Positions 25,201 to 34,200 of a stretch of 64,000 bases of DNA are shown in pieces. The notes under the pieces are model-generated. The model was not told the DNA's origin. It worked only from the letters and a program-made list of their open reading frames with translations, and ran no database searches. This stretch comes from Vicugna vicugna. Taxonomy: Eukaryota. The DNA lies in the NCBI GenBank assembly GCA_013265495.1, contig MU061334.1, positions 745,557 through 809,556 of the forward strand. The letters are read 5' to 3'. The translations under genes and the position numbers were made by a program. Position 1 is the stretch's first letter, and each line of letters begins with the position of its first letter.

Positions 25201-28200
25201 TCATCTCTGAGGAGACGGACCTCATCGAGCCCACACTGCTGGACGAGCTCATCTGCTACATTGGCACGCTGGCCTCTGTCTACCACAAGCCGCCCAGCGC
25301 CTTTGTGGAGGGAGGCCGGGGCGTTGTGCACAAGAGCCTGCCGCCCCGCACCGCCTCGTGAGTGCAGCGGGCTGGGTGCTGGACAGAGCCTCCCCCGTCC
25401 CTCCGTTCAGGAGCATGGGCACTCAGGCCTCACGTGATGTCCCCGTGAGGCCCAACTCTGAGGAACGTTACAATTCTAGCGACCTTTCAGTGACTGCTTA
25501 CTACACACCAGGTGTTGACTAGAGGACAGCAGCTCTGAGAGATGTCCCCACTTAACAGACGGGGACAACAGGCATGGAGAGCATCGGTGTCCGGTGCAGC
25601 AGAGCTGGGCTCAGGCCCCATTCTGTCTGATTCTAGAGCCCTGTTCTTCACGTCTTCCTCCTGCCACTCTTGGGGTCATTGGCCTGGTTGTCCAGGCCTC
25701 CAGGGACCAGCATCCAGCCTTCTCTTTAGCGTGGGCTGAGTGCTGGGAATACAGACGGCTCTCCCTTCACTCAGCCCTTGAAGCTGGCTCTTGGAGAGCC
25801 GAAAAGATGAATCAGGCGGGGAAGTAGGGAGGAAGGGGGACATAGACTTCTGGGACAGTGAGGAGACCAGGTGCCTGTCCTGGGGGTGGATCCTGGAGAC
25901 TGGGAACTCTGGCCTCCCTGAGACAGCATGACCCCCTACCCTGCTGAACCTCTCCCCCGTGTCCTGGCAGGAGTGAGAGCACAGAGAGCCCTGAGACAGC
26001 CCCTGCTGGAGCGCCCCCTGGTGAGCAGCTGGATGTCATCCCCACCCAGGGTGACCTGCTGGGCGACCTCCTCAACCTGGACCTCGGCCCGCCAGTGAGT
26101 GGCCCACCCCTGGCCACCTCCTCGGTCCAGATGGGAGCTGTGGACCTTCTTGGCGGTGGCCTAGATAGCCTGGTACGTCCCGGGGCCCCCTCTGGGTGAG
26201 GTTGATAATAGTCTTCAGAGGAGCGAGCGATCATTGAACACCCTCTCTGCCAGACGTCAACCATGGGTTTCAGGTACATTTGCCTTCGATGTGGTCATGT
26301 AGCTCTCTACATGTAGGTGAGACGCTGCAGCTTATAGGGGTCATGTCCTTCCCTTTAAGAGCACACAGCTGCTAAGTGGCAGACACAGGATTTAGCCCCT
26401 TGCCTGGCTGCTGAAGCACAAGAGACCTGGGACAGGGTAGGGCCTGTCCTACCCTCTTCCCCCAAGTCCAGCCCCACAGGCACCTTGGCCCTGTAAGGCT
26501 GGAAGAGCCGTACCTGTGTCCACTCGCCCCGCACCCTGCAGCGGTGGGAGGCTGCAGCCCAGCAGGTCTGAGGGGCTCATGAGAGATCAGAGCCAGTCTC
26601 TCCTCCCCTGTGAAGGGGGTGGTAAGACTAGCCTGGGTGTTGCCCTGGGACTTCTTCGGGCAGCCAGTAGAGCCAGGTGGAGGAGGCAGCAGGTCCCTTG
26701 TCACTTGGCCATGCCTGGCTCAGGTCCCCAAGGCTGCAGCACAGAAAAGGGTAGGAAGGGCTATGACACAGGACAGAGATGGTTGAGTGAGGCCCGGGGG
26801 TAGAGTCCTACACAGAGACAGACGGTCTGGGCCCCTCTGGCCCCACACAGCCTTGCTCCAGGCCCCTTTTGGGTGGAGCAGCAGTGACTAATCTTTTCCC
26901 TCTTTCCCTCTCTTATCTCTCTGTGTCTTCTTTCTTGACTTTTCTCTCTGCATGTGGCTGCCTGTTCTCTTCACCCTGCCTGCTTCTGCTTGGAGATGGG
27001 GGATGAGCCTGAAGGGGTACGGTTCAACCCTTGTGTCACCAAGCCTTCGGCCCTGCTCCTAATCCCCCACCCAACATCCCAAGGGTCGGGTTATGTCAAC
27101 GCAGTCCCTCCCTGCTAGCCCTGGCCTCTGTCCAGTGTCCTGGAAGCCTCTGCTTTGACTGCCTGGCGTCCAGCTGCCACCGGGCCCCCATATCCATTAA
27201 TTCCTCACCCTGTCCTCACTACCCTATGACAAAGTTGCCTTGTCATCCTGAGGCTTGCCGGCCCTCTCAGTCCCCACGCCCATCTCTGACATCCTGGAGG
27301 GCATGCTCCAGTCTGCTGAGCATAACCCTTCCAAGCAGTGTCTCAGGTACCCCTTTTATCTGTGGGCTGAATGTTAGTTTGTGGGTGTCACCAGCCCTTT
27401 CCCAGAGGTCACCCCAAAGGCTCGAGGCCTGCAGGGTACAGGAGGGCTCAGTCTCTCCTCTCCACCCACCCCACTCTGTCTTGTTTCTGCGACTTAGAGT
27501 TAATATGAATGCAGCCCTGTGGTACCCCCTTCTGCCCTACCCATTTTCTAGAGGGCCAGGTGGCCATACTCATCCCAGGCCCCTAATGTCCCTGCCTTTG
27601 CTATCTGCCTCTGATGCTTTCCCCTTCCTTTCCAGATCGGGGCCCCCAACTTCGTGGCACCCCCAGCAGCAACAGTACCAGCCAACTTAGGAGCACCCAT
27701 GGGCAGTGGCCTGAGTGACCTCTTTGACTTGACCAGTGGCGTGGGCACCTTGTCAGGATCATATGTGGCTCCCAAAGCAGTAAGTACTATGGCTCCTCTC
27801 GTGGCAGGAGCAGAGAGAAGTTAGAGGCTGACATGTGGGCTCCTTAAGTGGCCCACCCTGGGGAGTCGGCTCAGGCCGGCGGGGACGGGCTCCTGGAGCA
27901 GCTGTTGGCCAGTGCGATGCCGAGGGCGGCACAGGCTGTGGGAGCCCAGGGAAGGAGTGCTGAGTCAGGAGTGGGGGCCTGAGGAAGGCTTCCCAGAGGG
28001 GCTGTCACTGAAGCTCAGGCCTGCTGAAGTCAAAATTAGTGAGGCAGAAATGGGGAGAGGGCTCCAGGCCTGGGTTGAGAGAGAGCCTGCACCTTCCAGA
28101 AAACTGGTGGAAGTCTCAGCTAGTTGGGTCAGTGGTTCTCGGTGCTGTCTGACCCAATGCCCCTTATTGGTAATAAGCATTTTATAACACCCTCTCCTTT

Positions 28201-31200
28201 CCTATTAAATAAGATGTGTGGACTATGTATCCTACCTACACATATAATTTCAAAAATGATAAGATGCTGTCACTGCGTAAAGGAGACATAAAAGAAAGAG
28301 ACTAGAATTATGTATTTCAGTGCTGTGAAGGCTTGGGCCCGCCCACCCCAGAAGACCTGATGACGTTGTCGGGTGTGGGCAGAAGTGCAGAGTCACTTTG
28401 ATGCCACAGCTACAGGGAGCGTTTGTGGCTCGGGTGTCAGGAGTGGTGTGGCCAGAGGTGCCATTAGTTTCTGAAATGGTGACTGACTCCCAGTAAAGTT
28501 CCAAACAAAACAAAGAATAGGCTTTGCTTGATTTTCACTATCTTTAGTTTCCTGGAAATTTCAGGGCATGTTGAAACTATGCAGAAGATACTCAAGGGCT
28601 ACAGGACAGTGGCTCATTGTGAAGACTGTTGTCCCCAAGACAGCATGTCCAGCATCCCTGACCCTGGCTGGCTAAATGCAGTGCCTTCCCCACACTGGGC
28701 TGCGTGAAGATGCCCCTCATTGCCCATTGGGCCACCCAGGGCAGCACCCCTTCTCCCCTAACGAGGGCTGATGGCAGCCCTGAGAAGGAAAGAAGGAAGG
28801 GACTTTAAGGGATGGAGATAAGAGGCTGGACTGGAGGTAGGAAGGGCAGGATGTAGGGCTGGTGGGGAGGGGCTTCTGGTTTGAGCAGTGGGCAAGAGGA
28901 GTGCTGTTTGCTGGGTGGGGCGGGGCAAAGGAAGGGAGGCTGAGTCCAGGGTGTGAGAGCACGCAGGCCTGGCACAAAAGATAGCACAGCGTAGGCTGTG
29001 TCCTCAGCATTGAGCAAGCTGCCTGATCCCCTCGCAAACCCTCGGGTCAGACCCCACATCTGCCTCTTCATTCCCAACCAGAGTGAGCCTCCCTCTCTTC
29101 TGCGGTCCCCTCCCCAGAGCAGGACACAGCGGGGCTTCAGGAGCACAGTGACATCTCCCTCATGACTGGGGAGCTGTGAGCCAGCACCTGCCCTGGCCTA
29201 GCCTCCCCGGGTGTGCCTGCTACCCCTGCAGTGGTAGTAGCCCAAGCCCCCGGGCAGGCCTCCTGGCAGGATCTGGGCCTGAGGGGCACCCAGCAGATGG
29301 CGAGTCTAGTGCTTGCAGCCACAACTTCTGTGCCAGCGACTGCAAGGGCCAGGCATAGCCACCTTCCCACCAAGTTCTCCCAGCAGCTTATGGTGCTGTT
29401 GCAGTTAAGAAAACTGAGTGCTTTTGCCTAAGGTCACGTGGCTGGTAAGTGACAGAGTCTGGAACTGAATGTAGGACTGTGGCACCAATGCCTCTGCCCC
29501 TGACCCTTACGTGATCACCTCTCAAAGTGTTTGAAACCTCCATGAGCCTGCCTTAATGTCGTGGGTTGTCAGAATCAGCTGGCCTTCTGCTTGTGTGTTT
29601 ATTTTAACAGGTATATCCCTGCTTTGTCTTAGTGGAGGGCCAGATGAGTGTACTGACTGGAAGCGGTGAGGGGATCGCCAGGTTAGGAGTAATCAGGGCA
29701 TGCTGCCTGGAGGAGGAGTCCTTGCAACATGGACAGGACTGTCTCCCGCTACTGTAGTTACAGGAGAGTTCTGGGATGTGGGTGTCTCCAGAAGCAGTAG
29801 TTGTGTGGGCCACATTTTCCTCATGGTGCAGTGACTACCTCTGATCATTTGTTGCAAGAGTATTCCCCACCCACCTGTCATTCTCCATCCCCCTGGTGGA
29901 GGTTGGATGAGGCTCTCTGTATAAGAACTTGGAGTTCCTCAAGCATCTGGGCCAGCAGGTGCTGACAGTTCTAGACTCTATAAACCTTCAGTGACTGAGA
30001 GAGTCAAGGTCCCCATCTTCAGCAGTCATGATGGTCACAGTGCCAGAAAGAGCCAGTTCTGCAAGAACCTGGGAAAGGAAGCCTGGTGGAGGGGCGGGGA
30101 GCAGGGACGTCACCGTGGGAGCCTGAGTGCTGTCTGTGTGCCAAGTCACGGCTCAGAACTAAGGCCATGAGATTCTGCCCTCATAGATTTGTCTGGGGGA
30201 AGCCAAGGATGATCAGGGTTACCAAGTGTGACGGGGTGAGGGTGGGGAAGTCCTTTCCCAGCAGAGGGAACAGTGTATGAGAGGGGGCCAGAGGAGCTGG
30301 TTCACACTGAGCCTGGGGAGGGCAGGGCACCAGGCCAGGAGGCCATGGGCAGTGGAAGCCTTGCAGGATTGGGGGTGGGCGAGTTAAAGGCACCATGATC
30401 AGATTTGCGTTTTAAAAGATGGCTTTCGCTACTGTGGAAATTTGGGGCAGAAGAATTGGGCAGCTGCATGGGTAGCTGCCTTCTCACCTGGGAAGCTCTG
30501 ATGGTGGCGCCTGTGGAGAGGGGAGAGCGGCAGATTTGGTGGCAGATGGGAGGAGGTGGCGTTGACAGGACCAGGGCTATGTGATTGTGGTGTGGGGGTC
30601 CAGGTGGGCTGAAGACTGGTGTCCAGATGCTCTGGTTCCTGACATGGGCAACTTGAGAGACAGTGGCATGTTCACTGACAGGGGGCACCCTGGTGAAGCC
30701 GTTGGGGGCCTGAGCATTTTGACCAGAGAGGGCCTGCAAACCGTCCAGGTGAGAATGACAGCCTGAGAGGCATTTCGCATCCGCAGGATGATGCCCCGTG
30801 GGTGTCTCTTGTGGGCAGGGCTCTAACTCATGCTGTTCGCTCAGCAAACATTCCTGAATACCAGTCCCACACCAAGCTCCGAGCAGGGATCCAGGGACAG
30901 AAAAGCAGAGCCCTTCCCTCAAAGAGCTGTCTGGGCACAGAGGAGACCGTGTATCTGCCGAAACGTCGTTGAGGTGGGAGCCCAGGGAATGAGCCTGGGG
31001 ACGGGCTTCCCAGAGGAGGTGGCTCTTGGGCTGAGACTCAAATGACAAGGGCAGCAAAGCACACAGCAGAAGGCCTGCCAGGTGAGGGGTCCCCTTAGGT
31101 ACTGTCCTCGGCCAGGCCAGTTTGTGCAGTTAAAAGGCCAGCCCTGCCTTCTGTGAGGAAGGACAGGCTGTGGCAGCCAGGGAGGCCTCAGGCTCTGGCT

Positions 31201-34200
31201 GAGGCCCAGGGTGCCGTTGGGCTCTCGACTCTCCTTGGCTCGTCAGGAGGCTGGCAGGGGCCCACTTGTCTCATCGCCTCCCTCTGCCCTACTTCTGAGT
31301 GTTCCTTTTTTGACCTCCGGAGACTCAGGTCAGCCCTCGGGCACGCCAAGCGCCTCCCTACCCAGCGCTGCTCCAGCCACACGGGGGTGGGGGCCCTGGG
31401 CGGGCCATGCAGAGTCCTCCCTCGCTTCCCGGGAGTCACACAGTCATCCCCTAATGGTAAAGGCAGATGTGGTCGACCTGAGAGGCCCTTTTAGGTGGAG
31501 GAAGAAGGGGGCAGGGGAGGGACTCTCAGGTGGGCTGTCGAGTTTTGGGACATGGTGAACACCACCCCTGTCCCATTGTTTTCTCTGCAGGTCTGGCTCC
31601 CGGCTATGAAGGCCAAGGGGTTGGAGATCTCGGGCACCTTCACTCGCCAGGTGGGCTCCATCTCCATGGACCTACAGCTGACCAACAAAGCCTTGCAGGT
31701 CATGACCGACTTCGCCATCCAGTTCAACCGCAACAGGTGAGCTCCCCAAGGCTGCCTGTCTGGAGCCCACGCCAGTGAGAGCAGGCAGGGGCTGAGGGCC
31801 CAGTACCTCTTTTCTCATGAAGAAGAATGTTCCTCGCAACCACATCTCAGGTCAAAATTCTCTAAAGCAGTGATACCCTCCGCACCCCCATGACCTCTTT
31901 ATGTGGACAACAGAGTACCTTTATTTTTGCCTTCCCCCAGTGCCCAGAGGGGTATTTTACTGACAAAATCCCCAGCTCCAGCTTAGGAGCCTGCCTTTAG
32001 TAAGCACCCCACATGCCAGGAGCTCAGAGCCTCCTCTGCAGGCCTGAGTGGCTCGCATCAGCTCCGAGAAGGCTGATGTGGAGCAGGCCTGCCTGCCAGC
32101 CTCCCCTACATGACAGGATTAAACCGTCAGGCAGGGCCCCTGGGAGTGGTGGCTGCTCCAGGCTCCCGGGGTCGTGGGGAAGGTCTCCTGCTTGGCACCC
32201 AGGGTCTTCGTGGACCAGGCCAGCTAGGTCAGGGCTCTGGGGAACCCAAGCAGCCTCTCCTGATGATCCTTCTTCCTGAGCGGCTCTGGTGATGAGCAAA
32301 CTGAGCCTCTAAGAAGTTGACTGAAGGGGCTGCTTCCTCAGAGAGAGCCTGTGGGCTAGTGGTTCCCGACCCTCTGTCAGACCCGGGAGGGTGGTGGCAG
32401 CTCTGCTACTTACCCTCAGGTGACCCTAGAAGCCACAAAACACTCCAGGCTCCAAGGGTGGTCCTGATTATCACTCATAACAAACTTACTGTGTGTTGAA
32501 AACTGTCTGGGTACCAGGCCCTGTGCTGAGACCTTGACAACCCAGTGAGGTCGATGCCATTACCTCCCTTTTAGTAGGTGATGACACCTGGGCTCAGAGA
32601 GGGCAAATGCCTTGCCCAAGGTCACACAGTGGGCAGTGGTAGAGCTCCCAGGAAAGCCTGGGGCACTGGGCCACCATGATGGCCTGGGGTTCCCCCACCC
32701 CCACAGCAGGTCATCTCCTGCTGTGTCCCAGGCAGGCCTGATCGCTGTCATGGACAGAGCACAGGCTGGGGTCAGGCAGCTCAAGTGCTGAATCTCAGCG
32801 ATGCCACTTATCCTGTAGGGTCTAGGCATAGGCCTGCCCCTCCCTGAGTCTCCGTGTCCTGGATGGTGGGAGATTGTATACCTCCTGCTATTTTTATGAT
32901 GATAGGAACTATTCTAATATCAAATGCCCAGCCTGGGCCCAGTGAATGCCCAGTTCATGGTCTCAGTCAATACTGTAGAGACTTAACCTTCCCAGAGCCT
33001 GTGGCTGGGGTGTCTCTCACCCACACACTCTTGGGCAGTTTCCTGATGTGTCCACCTGCTGCTTTACCGAGAACTAGGGCTTCCTGAATCTCTCTGTGGT
33101 CATCTTATGATCTGCTCTGGCCTAGTCAGTAAAACCGGCATCTCGCTTGGGACGGTCGGATCCCTCCTGGGAGGTGGGGGTTTGCTCCCAAGTCTTGAGT
33201 GGTCACTGAGCTTACAAGTTAGAAGAAGCTTATAGACCCCTGGTATTACGCGGAGCTCCTAGAGGGCAGGTCAGGGCTGGGCCGCACTAGCCTGAGCCAC
33301 CCAGAGGACACAGAGGAGCAGAGATGGGCTTTAGGCCTGCAGCCAGCCCAGGGCTGACTTTCTGTCCATGTGGCCGCTGAGGGGTGGAGGGAGGGTTAGG
33401 AGCTTGTCCTCCTGGCCTGGGTCAAGGCCTAGGATGAGGCCAACTTACTGGAGAGGCTTGCTGCCAGCTGCTGCCCAGGCTCCAGAGCCCACCTGTCCTG
33501 TGTCAGCATCTGCTCCCCCGCCGTCCCCACGGGGGCTTCTCTCTCCCCAGCTTTGGCCTGGCCCCCGCCGCCCCCCTCCAGGTCCATGCACCGCTCAGCC
33601 CCAACCAGACTGTGGAGATCTCCCTGCCTCTCAACACGGTGGGCTCGGTCATGAAGATGGAGCCTCTGAACAACCTGCAGGTGTGTTCCGGGCAAGACCA
33701 AGCACCACAGTCCTTAACGGTCTGCCCTGAGGAGGAGCCTTGGGGAGCAGTCTGGGGCCTGGCTGGGCTGGGCTGGGCTGTGGAGTCGCACTCTTGGACA
33801 CAGACCTGGCAGGGGAGGCCAGGTTACGGGGGTGGAGGGTCGTGGCTACCAGGGAAGCTGTGTGAGGGAACTGGCTCCAGTGGGCTCACAGGGAACAGGT
33901 GCTTCCTGGGGCCTCACACGTGGTGCTGAGCATCAGGGGCTAACTGGGGACCCCCTTATTCCTAGGTGGCCGTAAAGAACAACATTGACGTCTTCTACTT
34001 CAGCACCTTGTACCCGCTGCACATCCTCTTTGTGGAGGACGGGAAGATGGGTGAGTCATGAGGGCGCCCTTGGGGTCCCTAGAATGGATGGATTGGTTTT
34101 GCCCCATGATGGAGTCCATAATCACTGGCTCCCCTGCAGAGCCTGGAGTGAGGGTCATACCCTCACCGGGGCCCCCGGGGTCTTGTCTGGCCAGCTCTGC

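Noticed and set aside
27031-27690. 219-aa + strand ORF
   Set aside because: It is intronic, low-complexity and overlaps AP1B1 exon 15 in the wrong frame.
30302-31057. 251-aa - strand ORF
   Set aside because: It lies across an L2 remnant, has Pro/Ser/His-rich chance composition and shows no domain.
32248-32335. miR-3653 as a true microRNA gene
   Set aside because: There is no long regular pre-miRNA hairpin. The C/D boxes, closing stem and rRNA guide explain the sequence as a snoRNA.
32890-33050. Possible second C/D snoRNA (ATGATGA at about 32896, CTGA at about 33043)
   Set aside because: There is no closing stem, internal boxes or recognisable guide.
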